Source: Candidatus Hydrogenedentota bacterium (lineage in GTDB: Bacteria; Hydrogenedentota; Hydrogenedentia; Hydrogenedentales; SLHB01). From it: a stretch of 64,000 nt of DNA. Position numbers and translations under genes: made by a program. The first letter of the stretch is position 1. Every line of letters starts with the position of its first letter. The notes beneath the pieces are model-generated. The model was not told the origin of the DNA, searched no databases, and saw only the letters and a list, made by a program, of their open reading frames with translations. This document shows, one piece after another, positions 18,866-28,959 of this stretch. The stretch is taken from assembly GCA_036789645.1 (NCBI GenBank), contig DAIQLC010000025.1, positions 1,424 through 65,423 on the forward strand, read 5' to 3'.

Positions 18866-20317
18866 TTACGCCGTGTAAGTCGACGCCGCCGTGTCGCCGC
18901 CGCGGCCGGTCCAGTTGGTGTGAAAGAATTCCCCGCGGGGTTTGTCGACCCGCTCGTAGGTGTGGGCGCCGAAATAGTCGCGCTGGGCCTGGAGCAGGTT
19001 GGCGGGCAGCCGCTCGTGCCGGTAGCCGTCGAAGTAGGCCAGCGCGGTGCTGATCGCGGGCACGGGAATGCCCATTTTCGCCGCTTCGATGACCACGTTG
19101 CGCCACGACGACTGCGCCGACGCAACCGCGTTCCGGAAGAACGGGTCCAGCAGCAGATTGACCAGATTGGGGTTATTGTCGAACGCCTCTTTGATCTTCC
19201 CGAGGAAGACCGAGCGGATGATGCAGCCGCCGCGCCACATCAGCGCGATCCCGCCGTAGTTCAGGTTCCAGCCGTAGGTCTTCGCAGCCGAACGCATCAA
19301 CTGATACCCCTGCGCGTACGAGACGATCTTCGCCGCGTACAGGGCCTTCCGCAAGTCGTCCACAAACGCTTTCTTGTCGCCCGAGAAGGGCAGGGTCTGG
19401 CCCTTGATCTGTTTCGACGCTTCGACGCGCTCTTCCTTCAGCGCCGACAGGCAGCGCGCGAATACCGCTTCGCCGATCAGGGTGAGGGGCTGGCCTTCGT
19501 CCAGCGCGGCGATGGCCGTCCATTTGCCCGTGCCCTTCTGGCCCGCCGTGTCGAGGATGAGATCCACGACCGCGTTGCCGTCCTCGTCCTTGTAGCCGAG
19601 GATGTCGCGGGTGATTTCGATGAGATACGAGTCGAGTTCGCCCCGGTTCCATTCGGCGAACACGTCATGCATTTCCTCGTTGCTCATGCCGAGACCTTCC
19701 TTCATCATCTGGTAGGTCTCGCAGATCATCTGCATATCGCCGTATTCGATGCCGTTGTGGACCATCTTCACGAAGTGGCCTGCGCCGCCTTCGCCGACCC
19801 AGTCGCAGCACGGCTCGCCCGAATCCGTTTGCGCGCAGATGGTCTGGAAGATCTTCTTCACATGGGGCCACGCGGCCGGCGACCCGCCCGGCATCATCGA
19901 CGGACCGTTCAACGCGCCCTCTTCACCGCCCGACACCCCCGTGCCGATGTAAAGCAATCCCTTGCTCTCCACGTACTTCGTGCGGCGGATGGTGTCCGGG
20001 AAATGGCTGTTGCCGCCGTCAATGATGATGTCGCCCTGTTCCAGGTGGGGGATAAGCTGCTCGATGAACGAATCCACCGCGTCTCCCGCCTTCACCAGCA
20101 GCATGACGCGGCGCGGTGTCTTGAGGTTCTTCACCAGTTCCTCGATGCTGTGGCACCCCACGATGGCCTTGCCCTTCGCCCGGCCCTGGACGAACTTGTC
20201 CACCTTCTCCACCGTGCGGTTGTACACCGCCACCCCGAACCCTTTGTTGGCCATGTTGAGCACAAGGTTTTCGCCCATCACCGCCAGACCGATCAGCCCA
20301 ATGTCTTGCTGCGCCAT
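18866..20317 (-). CDS. gnd: 6-phosphogluconate dehydrogenase, decarboxylating
   Basis: [22 protein letters not shown] Rossmann start, the canonical [11 protein letters not shown]...GPSMMPGG block and the C-terminal dimerisation domain, at full Gnd length (~483 aa). ATG at 20317 is preceded by GAGGAG. Confidence 0.9.
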   Translation of the reverse strand: MAQQDIGLIGLAVMGENLVLNMANKGFGVAVYNRTVEKVDKFVQGRAKGKAIVGCHSIEELVKNLKTPRRVMLLVKAGDAVDSFIEQLIPHLEQGDIIIDGGNSHFPDTIRRTKYVESKGLLYIGTGVSGGEEGALNGPSMMPGGSPAAWPHVKKIFQTICAQTDSGEPCCDWVGEGGAGHFVKMVHNGIEYGDMQMICETYQMMKEGLGMSNEEMHDVFAEWNRGELDSYLIEITRDILGYKDEDGNAVVDLILDTAGQKGTGKWTAIAALDEGQPLTLIGEAVFARCLSALKEERVEASKQIKGQTLPFSGDKKAFVDDLRKALYAAKIVSYAQGYQLMRSAAKTYGWNLNYGGIALMWRGGCIIRSVFLGKIKEAFDNNPNLVNLLLDPFFRNAVASAQSSWRNVVIEAAKMGIPVPAISTALAYFDGYRHERLPANLLQAQRDYFGAHTYERVDKPRGEFFHTNWTGRGGDTAASTYTA

Positions 20318-20486
20318 CGCTCGTGTTCTCCTCAGACTCCGGTTGACTCCACGCCCCGTCAAACAGGGTGTATCTTCCACTAAACAGGCGGAACCGCCAC
20401 GATACCATACGCCGCGGCGGAAATTCTTCTTTCCCGCGACGCCCGGCGCGCGAGCTATGGGTCCTATAAGACCTATACGCGCCGCC

Positions 20487-21548
20487 CTACTTGATCGCCA
20501 CTTCTTTGCCCCGCTTCGAGGACTCGTAGATGGCGTCAAGAATCTGCTGAATGCGCAGGGATTCCTGGGGCTTCACGCGCACGGGCAGGCCGTCGCGCAC
20601 GCATCCGGCAAAATGCAGGATCTCCATGCGATGGCCTTCCTGTTCGGGCAGCCAGTCATACTGCATGCTCGTCAAGGCGCCGTCCGCCGCGCTGGTGACC
20701 GTCAGGGGTTCGGTGCTGACGCCCGCCTTGTCGCCCAGTATTCGCAAGCCCTGGACGTCTTTCGGGATGTTGGCCGCCCAGCTCACTTCCAGGCTCAGCG
20801 CAACGCCGTTATCGAACCGGATAAACGCTGCCGCGTGGTCCTCGACATCGAACTCCGTCAACGGATACGGCACCCCCCACTCGCCGTTGCACAGGCCTTC
20901 CCGATCCCCGAACTTGCGGCTGACGTGGCCCGTGGCGGACACGGGTTTCGGGCACCCCATCAGCCAGATGATCAGGTCGAGCATGTGCACGCCAATGTCA
21001 ATCAGCGGACCGCCGGCGGATTCGCGTTTGATGTGAAACTTGCCCCAGCCCGGAATGCCCCGGCGGCGCAGGTAGCGCGCCTCGCCGAAATAGATCTCGC
21101 CGAGATCACCCCGTTCGATCATCGCTTTGATGCGTTCGTTGCCCGCTTCAAACCGCATGTTCTGGGCCACCATGAGCTTGCGCTTGCTCTGCTTCGCCGC
21201 GGCGATCATGGCTTCGCACTCTTTGGCGTTCATGGCCATGGGCTTTTCGCACAGCACATGAGCCCCCGCATTCAGCGCATCCACTGAGATGCTGCTGTGC
21301 AGGCGGTTCTGGGTGCAGACGTCGATGATGTCAAAATCGCCCTGCTTCAGCATGGTCTTGTAGTTGGTGTACGTCTTCGGCACGTCCCACTTCTTGCTCA
21401 CCATGTCAACGCGTTCGGGGATGATGTCGCATACGGCCGTGATTTCAACGGCCCCCTTGGCCTCGAGTTCCTTCCACGCGTCCAGATGACACACCTGGGC
21501 AATCGAGCCGACGCCAATCACACCAACCTTCAGTTTCTTGTCTGCCAT
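20487..21548 (-). CDS. Gfo/Idh/MocA-family NAD(P)-dependent oxidoreductase
   Basis: [12 protein letters not shown] Rossmann N-terminus, the EKP motif (LCEKPMA) and a C-terminal alpha/beta domain. ATG at 21548 follows GGAAGG. Confidence 0.85.
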   Translation of the reverse strand: MADKKLKVGVIGVGSIAQVCHLDAWKELEAKGAVEITAVCDIIPERVDMVSKKWDVPKTYTNYKTMLKQGDFDIIDVCTQNRLHSSISVDALNAGAHVLCEKPMAMNAKECEAMIAAAKQSKRKLMVAQNMRFEAGNERIKAMIERGDLGEIYFGEARYLRRRGIPGWGKFHIKRESAGGPLIDIGVHMLDLIIWLMGCPKPVSATGHVSRKFGDREGLCNGEWGVPYPLTEFDVEDHAAAFIRFDNGVALSLEVSWAANIPKDVQGLRILGDKAGVSTEPLTVTSAADGALTSMQYDWLPEQEGHRMEILHFAGCVRDGLPVRVKPQESLRIQQILDAIYESSKRGKEVAIK

Positions 21549-21802
21549 GGATGCACTTCCTTCCAGAACACAGGCCGCCCAATGCTGGCCTGCCACCCCC
21601 CCGAACCGCTCCCCCGAAGCCAGGCCGCAATCATACGAAAACCCCTCGTCCGGGGCAAGAACGGGAGCCCGCGCCCTGTGCTGGAACGCCGTGCGAACGG
21701 ACTGGTTTTTCCGGACGCCCCCGTGTGCTACAATCGCATTCTCTGTCCCGGGTCTTCACGGTTAACGGGCGCTTCGCCCGTGCAACAGGAGAATATGCGA
21801 CC

Positions 21803-22693
21803 ATGAAAACGATGTCTGCGATGCTGATGGGATTCGCGTGTGCGGCGATGCTGTTGACGTCCTGCGCCACGGCGCAGGAGGCGGCCCCGGCGGCGGCCAA
21901 GGGCTGTCCCAACGCGGAGAAACTCGGCTGGCACCTGGGCTGCCAGGCGTACAGCTTCAACCGGTTCACCTTCTTTGAGGCCGTCGACAAGAACCAGAGC
22001 CTGGGCCTCCACTACATCGAGGCGTATCCCGGACAGAAGTTCAGCCCCGAAAAACCCGATGCCGTCTTCGATCACAATATGCCGGAAGAGCTGCGCCAGG
22101 AAGCCCTCGCCAAGCTCAAAGCCTGCGACATCAAACTCATGAATTATGGCGTGGTCGGCCTGCCCGCCGACGAGGCCGAGTCCCGCAAGGTCTTTGAATT
22201 CGCCAAGGCCATGGGCATCCAGACCATCTGCAGCGAGCCCGACGCCGAAGCCCTCGATACCGTCGAGAAGCTCGCCGACGAGTACGGGATCAACGTCGCC
22301 TTCCACAACCACCCCGCGCCCTCCAAGTACTGGAGCCCGGACGCCGTCCTGGCCGCCGTCGAAGGCCGCAGCAAGCGCCTCGGCGCCTGCGCCGACACCG
22401 GGCACTGGCCCCGCTCGGGCGTCGACCCCCTCGAAGCCCTCAAGAAGCTCGAAGGCCGCATCATCACCTTCCATTTCAAGGACCTCAATGAATTCGGCAA
22501 GCGCGAAGCCCACGACGTGCCCTGGGGCACGGGCGTCTGCAATGTCGAGGCCCTCATGAAGGAGATCCAGCGCCAGGGGCTCAAGAACATCGTGTTCTCC
22601 ATCGAATACGAACACAATTGGGACAATTCCGTGCCCGAGATCGCCCAGTGCGTCGCCTACTTTGACAAAGTCGCCGCCGAACTGGCGAACTGA
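21803..22693 (+). CDS. Sugar-phosphate isomerase/epimerase (xylose-isomerase-like TIM barrel), secreted
   Basis: Signal peptide MKTMSAMLMGFACAAMLLTSCATA, then a TIM-barrel family pattern (GW.LG.QAYSF...FHNHP...ADTGHW...HFKD). ATG 21803 follows AGGAG. Confidence 0.75.
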   Translation: MKTMSAMLMGFACAAMLLTSCATAQEAAPAAAKGCPNAEKLGWHLGCQAYSFNRFTFFEAVDKNQSLGLHYIEAYPGQKFSPEKPDAVFDHNMPEELRQEALAKLKACDIKLMNYGVVGLPADEAESRKVFEFAKAMGIQTICSEPDAEALDTVEKLADEYGINVAFHNHPAPSKYWSPDAVLAAVEGRSKRLGACADTGHWPRSGVDPLEALKKLEGRIITFHFKDLNEFGKREAHDVPWGTGVCNVEALMKEIQRQGLKNIVFSIEYEHNWDNSVPEIAQCVAYFDKVAAELAN

Positions 22694-22776
22694 CCCGATC
22701 GACGTCCACCGCCCCGGGAAACCGCGTTTCCCGGGGCGTGTTGTTGTTGCCCGGCGATCGCGAGGAGGATAGGGTC

Positions 22777-24174
22777 ATGAACCGGCGGACCTTCTTGAAC
22801 ATGTGCGCAATCGGAAGCGCCGCGGCGGCGGGCAACCGCGCGAGCGGGGGAGAGGCAGCGTCCAGGCGGCCGAATATCCTCTTCTTCTTCATCGACGACC
22901 AGCGCTATGACACGCTGGGCATCGCCGGCCACCGCATCGCCCAAACGCCCGCCATCGACAACCTCGCCCGGCAGGGGGCCCGCTTCCAGAACGCGTTCGT
23001 CACCACGTCGATTTGCGCCGCCAGCCGGGCCTCCGTTCTCACCGGTCTCACCGAGCGCACCCACGGGTTCACGTTCGGCACACCGCCCATTCGCGCGGCC
23101 CACCTCGAGACCAGCTACCCCGCGGCCCTGCGCGCCGCGGGATACCGTACCGGGTTCGTCGGCAAGTTCGGGGTCCAGACCGAAGTCCGCCCGGAAGAAA
23201 CCCTCTTCGACTACTTCAGCGAGCGCGACCGGCCCTACCTGCGCAAACAGCCCGACGGAACCACCCGCCACATCGACGAAATCAACATGGAACACGCCCT
23301 CGGATTCCTCGACGGCTGTTCCCCTGAACACCCCTTCTGCCTCTCGGTCTGTTTCAGCTCCACCCACGCCGAGGACAGCGACAAGGAGAACCATTATCCC
23401 TGCATTGACGCGGTCAAGGGCATGTTCGAGGATACCATCTTCCCGCCGCCGTTGCTGGACAGCCCCGAGATTTTCGACGCCCACCCCGCGTTCCTCCGCG
23501 AATCCATGAACCGCGAGCGCTTCTTCTGGCGATGGGACACCCCCGAGAAGTATCAGAAGAACATGCGGGCCTATTTCCGCCTTCTCGCGGGCGTGGACTA
23601 CATGATCGCTCAGATCACAGCCAGACTCCAAGAACATGGCCTGGCCGAAAACACCGTCATCGTTTACGCGTCCGACAACGGCTACTACATGGCCGAACGC
23701 GGATTTGCCGGGAAATGGTCGCACTATGAGGAATCCCTGCGCGTCCCGCTGATCATCTACGACCCGCGCATGCCGCAAGACCTGCGCGGGCGTGTCCTCA
23801 GCCCGATGGCCCTCAACATCGACATCCCCGCCACGCTGCTCGACCTCGCGGGCGTGCCCGCGCCGGAACGCTACCAGGGACGGAGCCTCATGCCCTGGAT
23901 CAACGGGGAATCGCCGCCGGACTGGCGCACCGGGTTCTTCTGCGAACACCGCATGAAACACGAGAAGATACCCACCTGGGAGGGCATCCGCGGGCAGCGC
24001 TACGTCTATGCCCGATACGACGGCCAGACGCCCCCCTATGAGTTTCTCCACGACCTCGAAAAAGACCCGTACCAGCTCCACAACTACGCCGCGGATGAGG
24101 CCTGCGCCGCCACGCTGGAGGAATTCCGCAAACGCACCGATGCCGCGGTGAAGCACTATCAGGAAACCCTCTGA
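22777..24174 (+). CDS. Formylglycine-dependent sulfatase (Cys-type) with Tat-like signal
   Basis: MNRRTFLNMCAIGSAAAAG twin-arginine signal. It has the sulfatase N-terminus NILFFFIDDQRYD and the signature C-A-A-S-R (SICAASRASVLTG), which fits the C/S-x-P/A-x-R motif. ATG 22777 follows GAGGAGG. Confidence 0.85.
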   Translation: MNRRTFLNMCAIGSAAAAGNRASGGEAASRRPNILFFFIDDQRYDTLGIAGHRIAQTPAIDNLARQGARFQNAFVTTSICAASRASVLTGLTERTHGFTFGTPPIRAAHLETSYPAALRAAGYRTGFVGKFGVQTEVRPEETLFDYFSERDRPYLRKQPDGTTRHIDEINMEHALGFLDGCSPEHPFCLSVCFSSTHAEDSDKENHYPCIDAVKGMFEDTIFPPPLLDSPEIFDAHPAFLRESMNRERFFWRWDTPEKYQKNMRAYFRLLAGVDYMIAQITARLQEHGLAENTVIVYASDNGYYMAERGFAGKWSHYEESLRVPLIIYDPRMPQDLRGRVLSPMALNIDIPATLLDLAGVPAPERYQGRSLMPWINGESPPDWRTGFFCEHRMKHEKIPTWEGIRGQRYVYARYDGQTPPYEFLHDLEKDPYQLHNYAADEACAATLEEFRKRTDAAVKHYQETL

Positions 24175-24198
24175 ACCACCGGAGTGCTGCCGAGGAAT

Positions 24199-24868
24199 TT
24201 TTGCCACAGAGGGCTCAGAGGGCACCGAGGGAGAGCTCATGGCAGCAGGCAACCCGGGGATGATCTCCCTTCCGTGGTTTGGGCGACAATTCTATTTGCA
24301 CTTATGACCTTGATTATATGGCCCCCTTCCTAATATTATGAATTAACTTATGAGCTCTCTGGATGCGCTGTGAAAGGAGGCTTTCATGGCAGACGAACTC
24401 ACGGAACGCATTATCGGGGCGGCTGTAGAAGTGCATCGTCTTCTCGGTCCCGGACTGCTGGAGAGCATTTACGAGGAAGCCTTGTCACACGAGATGGCAC
24501 TTCGCGGGATACCGCACGAGCGACAAAAGACCGTGGATGTGTTCTACAAAGGCATCGCGATACACGGACAGCGTCTGGATCTCGTGGTTGAGGACTCTGT
24601 GGTTGTCGAGCTCAAGTCTTGCGCACAGGTTAATCCCGCTGTGCAGGCCCAGATTCTCTCTTACCTGCGCGCCACGGGTCTGCATCGAGGATTGCTTCTC
24701 AATTTTGGAGAGTCTCGTCTGGTTAACGGTATCCGCCGATTCTCATTGTAGAAATCGGAGTCCGCAAACCACGGTTCGAAACCGACCGGCAAGGCCAGGA
24801 GGGGTGCTGAAAACACAGCAGCGTGGCTTCTATATTCCTCTGAGTTCTCTGAGCCCTCTGTGGCAAAA
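24199..24868. mobile_element. Low-GC ~670-bp cassette bounded by a perfect 22-bp inverted repeat, TTTTGCCACAGAGGGCTCAGAG (24199-24220) and CTCTGAGCCCTCTGTGGCAAAA (24847-24868), carrying one GxxExxY gene
   Basis: The inverted repeat was read directly from the sequence. The interior is visibly AT-richer than its surroundings (ggcgacaattctatttgcacttatgaccttgattatatgg...cctaatattatgaattaacttatgag). Confidence 0.45.
24386..24751 (+). CDS. GxxExxY-family protein (PD-(D/E)XK nuclease-like superfamily)
   Basis: The N-terminal motif IIGAAVEVHRLLGPGLLESIYEEAL contains G-x-x-E-x-x-Y (GLLESIY). Size (~120 aa) and sequence pattern are typical of the GxxExxY family. AAAGGAGG precedes the ATG. Confidence 0.8.
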   Translation: MADELTERIIGAAVEVHRLLGPGLLESIYEEALSHEMALRGIPHERQKTVDVFYKGIAIHGQRLDLVVEDSVVVELKSCAQVNPAVQAQILSYLRATGLHRGLLLNFGESRLVNGIRRFSL

Positions 24869-24882
24869 CCGTTCTTCCTGCG

Positions 24883-26169
24883 CTATTTTCGCAGGGCCTG
24901 CAGGGTGTATTCCGGCAGTTTCTTTTCGGCGAAAACGGGCTTGAACCGGGCGAAACGCTGTCGGCCGTTCACGACCGGCACGCTGGCCCAGTCCTCGCCG
25001 ACCAGCGGCTGGGCATATCTGACAAACGCGTCCGTGACGTCATACTTGTTCGGAGCCAGCCAGGATTTCGGGAACGCGCGCTCGGAATTGGCGACCTTCT
25101 CGAGCGGCACTTTGTCGTAGCGCACGGTGTAGATGGGCCCCGGCTCCCGCAGGATGGTCGACATCCATCCGTTTTCGCCCGACTCGGCGATCAGGGCGGC
25201 CTTCTGACCCACCTTGTATGCTTCATCCAGATCCGGAATCGACGCATAGATCGCCGTCATGCGCTGGTCCGTGCCCATGACCTGTCCGCGCGCCTTGCCC
25301 GGCACCGGCAGCCCATGTTCGTTCAGCACCGTCACCAGCTGCTGGGCGACAGTCGTCTTCGACGCGCTGAACTGGGTGTGGCCGAAACTGTCCTTCGTCT
25401 CGCCCAGTTCACCGACCTCGAATCCTTCGCTGACGACAATGATGCAGCGCCCGTCCCGCGTAAGCTGGTCGTTGACGTTATCGCAGAGTTCCTCGACCGT
25501 CACCTTCGACTCGGCCATGTAAATCTGAAGCGGCATTTCGCGCTTCGGATCGGCCAGGCGCGCGGCGGCGGGGATGAACCCGATCTTGCGCCCCATCGCC
25601 TGAAGCACGAGCACCGGGTCGGCCGGGGACGAGCCCCCGTTTTCCTCGTTGGCGTTCTGCACGATGCTCATCCAGTACCGGGCCACGCTGCCGTAACCGG
25701 GCGTGTGGTCAATGAGCTGGAATTCCGAGTCGCCCACGTCGTTGTCGATGGTCTTGGGCACCCCGACAGCCACCAGGTCAAGCCCGCGCTCGTGCGCCAT
25801 CTGCGCCACCTTGTGGGCGGTGTCCATCGAATCGTTGCCGCCGTTGTAGAAGAAATAGCCGATGTCGTGGGCCTTCATGACCTCGATCACCCGCTCAAAA
25901 TCCTCGTTCTGGCTGGCCTTGAGTTTGTAACGGCAGGTGCCAATACTGCCCGCCGCGGGCGTGTACCGGAGCAGCGCGATTTCCTCCTCGTCCTGCGCCG
26001 ACAGATCGAGCAGTTCCTCTCGCAGCACGCCCTCGATGCCGTGCCAGCCGCCGTAAAGCGTGCCGAATGTGCCGGGGAACATCTTGCAGGTCTCGATGAC
26101 CCCCCGGAGCGAGCTGTTAATCACCGGGCTCGGACCGCCCGACTGCGCGACAATGACGTTCCTCGGCAT
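24883..26169 (-). CDS. pfp: Pyrophosphate-dependent 6-phosphofructokinase (PPi-PFK, ~428-aa type)
   Basis: N-terminal QSGGPSPVINSSLRG and the PFK-A family features GGNDSMDTA, TIDNDV and SEGF; length fits the short PPi-PFK group. ATG at 26169; the ORF-track N-terminal extension was rejected. Confidence 0.8.
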   Translation of the reverse strand: MPRNVIVAQSGGPSPVINSSLRGVIETCKMFPGTFGTLYGGWHGIEGVLREELLDLSAQDEEEIALLRYTPAAGSIGTCRYKLKASQNEDFERVIEVMKAHDIGYFFYNGGNDSMDTAHKVAQMAHERGLDLVAVGVPKTIDNDVGDSEFQLIDHTPGYGSVARYWMSIVQNANEENGGSSPADPVLVLQAMGRKIGFIPAAARLADPKREMPLQIYMAESKVTVEELCDNVNDQLTRDGRCIIVVSEGFEVGELGETKDSFGHTQFSASKTTVAQQLVTVLNEHGLPVPGKARGQVMGTDQRMTAIYASIPDLDEAYKVGQKAALIAESGENGWMSTILREPGPIYTVRYDKVPLEKVANSERAFPKSWLAPNKYDVTDAFVRYAQPLVGEDWASVPVVNGRQRFARFKPVFAEKKLPEYTLQALRK

Positions 26170-26374
26170 AGCTGACTCCCTTGAAAACCGCGCCCGCAGG
26201 CGCACAAACTTGCCCGATTTGCCCGCAAAAGCGGCGGGAATGCCGGGACAATACCACAGCAGCGCGCCCGAATTCATATTGCCCGCGCAGTCGAGCCCCG
26301 GCCCGCGCCCGGTCGCCCGCCCGTTGCACAGAATCGCTGTTTGGGGTAGTGTATAGACAGGGTACGGGCCGAAT

Positions 26375-27667
26375 ATGGGTGTAAAGGCGTCTATGGAAGC
26401 ATCAGACAACTCTGCGCAAGCGGCGCGGTCGCGCAGGACAGCTTCCGTCCTTCTGGCTGCTCTGGTCGTCCTGTATGCTCTGGCTGTTGTGGTCAAGATT
26501 GCGCGGGAACCGCAGCATTTCCAGCTCGGGTTCCGCACGTGCTATGCCGCTGCGCAAGCCTTCAGCCAGGGCCTCGACCCCTACGACGTTCCGAACCTCC
26601 ACAAACTGGATCCGCGCGTGCAGGTCTCCTACGGGTACCCTCCGCTCACGCTGTATTTCTTTCTCCCGTTCGCGGCGCTCCCGTTCAACACCGCGTACCT
26701 GGCGTATCTGGCCGTAAAAGCCCTGTGTCTGGCCGCGCTGGTGTGGATGTGGCACAGGTGGTTTCTCAAACGTTCTCTCGACGGGCTCTTCCTGCTGGTC
26801 TGCCTGCTCGGCTTCAATTTCGCCCTGTACTGGGATCTGGCCGCCGGCAACGTCACGCTGATTGAGCAGCTCCTGCTCTGGGCGGGCCTCTACGCGTACC
26901 TTCATGGCCGCCTCAAGACTTTCGCCGTGCTGGTGGCTCTGGCGGCCAGCTTCAAACTGACCTTGATCCTGTTTCTGGCCCTGCTTGTCATTCGACGCGG
27001 CCGCCGGAGACGCTATGCCCTGTTCCTGGGAATCGGCCTGTATGCGGCCATGCTGACGTGTTCGTCGGTGATCTATTCCGAGATGACCATCGTCTTCCTG
27101 CAGAACCTCCAGAGGTTCACCCTGGGCCTGCATCGTGCAGACCTGCTCCGTCCGTCCCATCCGCCCGCCTCCTGGTGGCTGTTCAACGAGATCTCCGCGA
27201 AGGTCTGTGAACGCCTGGGCGCGCCGATGGCAGCGGAACCGGCCGCCGTGGTGGCCTACCTGACGCTGGTTGCGGTCGTAGGGCTGGTAACGTGGGCGGC
27301 TGTGCGCCGGTTTCTCCACGTTTTCCGCGACGACGGCTACCTGACGGTCATCATGGTATTCTGCCTGGCCTACCTGCTCGTGGTGCCGCGGCTCGCGGCA
27401 TGGTCCTATATTCTGGCGCTCCCGGCGGTCTATTACCTCGCCCTGAAAACGCGGCATGTGAACGCATTGCTGGTACTGGCGGGCGCCGCGGCGCTCTCGA
27501 CGTCGGCCACCCAACCCCCGGGATTCAACCTGCTCAAGGACATCCTGCCGGCCTACTATCCGCTGCTGCTCGCCTTCGCGTTCTGGGTTGCCGGGATCCG
27601 GTTCTGCATGCGGGCCGGCGCACAGGCGGAATCGCGCCCGGAACCCGCGCATCCGGCGCCGGGCTGA
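26375..27667 (+). CDS. Polytopic membrane protein, DUF2029/GT87-like (putative glycosyl/mannosyltransferase fold)
   Basis: At least ten predicted TM helices. The N-terminal region with conserved Tyr/Pro-rich loops (YGYPPLTLYFFLPF) resembles DUF2029/GT87 proteins; the assignment is tentative. Confidence 0.5.
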   Translation: MGVKASMEASDNSAQAARSRRTASVLLAALVVLYALAVVVKIAREPQHFQLGFRTCYAAAQAFSQGLDPYDVPNLHKLDPRVQVSYGYPPLTLYFFLPFAALPFNTAYLAYLAVKALCLAALVWMWHRWFLKRSLDGLFLLVCLLGFNFALYWDLAAGNVTLIEQLLLWAGLYAYLHGRLKTFAVLVALAASFKLTLILFLALLVIRRGRRRRYALFLGIGLYAAMLTCSSVIYSEMTIVFLQNLQRFTLGLHRADLLRPSHPPASWWLFNEISAKVCERLGAPMAAEPAAVVAYLTLVAVVGLVTWAAVRRFLHVFRDDGYLTVIMVFCLAYLLVVPRLAAWSYILALPAVYYLALKTRHVNALLVLAGAAALSTSATQPPGFNLLKDILPAYYPLLLAFAFWVAGIRFCMRAGAQAESRPEPAHPAPG

Positions 27668-27678
27668 ATGCGGCCGGC

Positions 27679-28953
27679 CTACGGCCGGAACGGTTTGGGA
27701 CAGGGGTTTCCCTCGCGCAGACGGTACAGCACTTCGCCCGCATGCGGCACCAGCAACAGGCCCTCGTCCTCGCGGTCCTGCCAGTCGCAGGGGTGAATGC
27801 TGTCGGGATCGCGGTAGCCCAGATTAATTGCCTCGCACTCCGCCCTCGGGATACTTGTGGCCAGCGTCACCTGTACGCGGGGTTTCTCGACCCCGTCGAC
27901 CATCTCGCCTATCCCCCGGACATGCGTCGAATGCGCCAAAATGCCGCCGGGAATATCGGTGAATTTCTCCATCTTCGACAGGAAATAATCGCGCGTGTGG
28001 TAGCCAATCCTCCGGATATAGCGGCCGTGGGTGACGCTCACTTCCTTGATATGCTTCCCGTAGATGATGAGTTCGCCCCCGTCGGCGACCACGGGTTCCA
28101 GCTTGTACATGCACTTGCCCGCCACCCAGAGCTCATCGTACATCTCGGGCGCCATGGCCAGCACGCTCCGGAACGGCTTTTCCTTGTACACAATATGCGT
28201 GCGCGTGCCCATCCTGGCCGCGGCCTCCCAGGCCGCCTCGGGCGTGCCGAAAAACAGGCCATGGCAGTCCTTGCCCATGACATTCAGCGCCAGGCAGCGT
28301 TTCTCGACCGGAATGCACGCGGCCGCACGGTTCACCACTTCGCGCACCGGCGTGTGCATCGTCCCGTTGATCACCGGATTGCTGATCAGCGCCCCCAGCC
28401 AGTGAAACAGGTTGATGATGTCCGGCCCCGCGATCCCCGGGAAAAAATACTTGTTGCCGCCGCTGAACCCCACCACCTCATGCGGAAACACCGGCCCGAC
28501 CACGCACAGCAGGTCGTAGTCGAGGATCATCTTGTTCAAGGTCACGTCGACCGACTGGCGCATCAGCCCGCCCGAGATCTCGAAGATCTCCTCCTCGGAA
28601 ATCGTCCCGATGCGCGCGAGCTGGTCCGGGTTGTCCCACGCATGGTTGAACAGGCCCACATCGCCAAACACGCCCGCCCGCTCTTCCGGCGTGACGCCGA
28701 TGAGCGCGTTCAGCATGGCCTCCGTCATGGGCGGATGCGTTCCGAGCGCCACGAGAAAGTCCATCTTCGCCACACGCCTGCTCAGCGCCGCGTGAAGGGC
28801 GCGGAACATCGCCGGCATCGGCATGCTGCGCGTCTGGTCGGGAATGACGAAGAGCACCCGTTGGCCATCCGCCTCGACCGGGGCCATCGCCTCGGCGACG
28901 AATGCCCGGATCTCGTCGTTCGTAATCGCTTCGTGCTCTTTAATCAGCTCCAT
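27679..28953 (-). CDS. LarA-family protein (nickel-pincer-nucleotide-dependent 2-hydroxyacid racemase/epimerase superfamily; DUF2088)
   Basis: About 424 aa with a LarA-like N-domain (VIPDQTRSMP...ALGTHPPMT) and HEVVGFSGGNKY...GTMHTP...H..YKEKPF elements characteristic of lactate-racemase homologues. Confidence 0.7.
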   Translation of the reverse strand: MELIKEHEAITNDEIRAFVAEAMAPVEADGQRVLFVIPDQTRSMPMPAMFRALHAALSRRVAKMDFLVALGTHPPMTEAMLNALIGVTPEERAGVFGDVGLFNHAWDNPDQLARIGTISEEEIFEISGGLMRQSVDVTLNKMILDYDLLCVVGPVFPHEVVGFSGGNKYFFPGIAGPDIINLFHWLGALISNPVINGTMHTPVREVVNRAAACIPVEKRCLALNVMGKDCHGLFFGTPEAAWEAAARMGTRTHIVYKEKPFRSVLAMAPEMYDELWVAGKCMYKLEPVVADGGELIIYGKHIKEVSVTHGRYIRRIGYHTRDYFLSKMEKFTDIPGGILAHSTHVRGIGEMVDGVEKPRVQVTLATSIPRAECEAINLGYRDPDSIHPCDWQDREDEGLLLVPHAGEVLYRLREGNPCPKPFRP

Positions 28954-28959
28954 GGATGC

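Noticed and set aside
24755-24800. tRNA-like T-arm motif (cacGGTTCGAAaCCg) inside the inverted-repeat cassette
   Set aside because: I could not fold an acceptor stem, D-arm and anticodon arm around it. It is probably a chance match or a hairpin within the cassette, not a tRNA.
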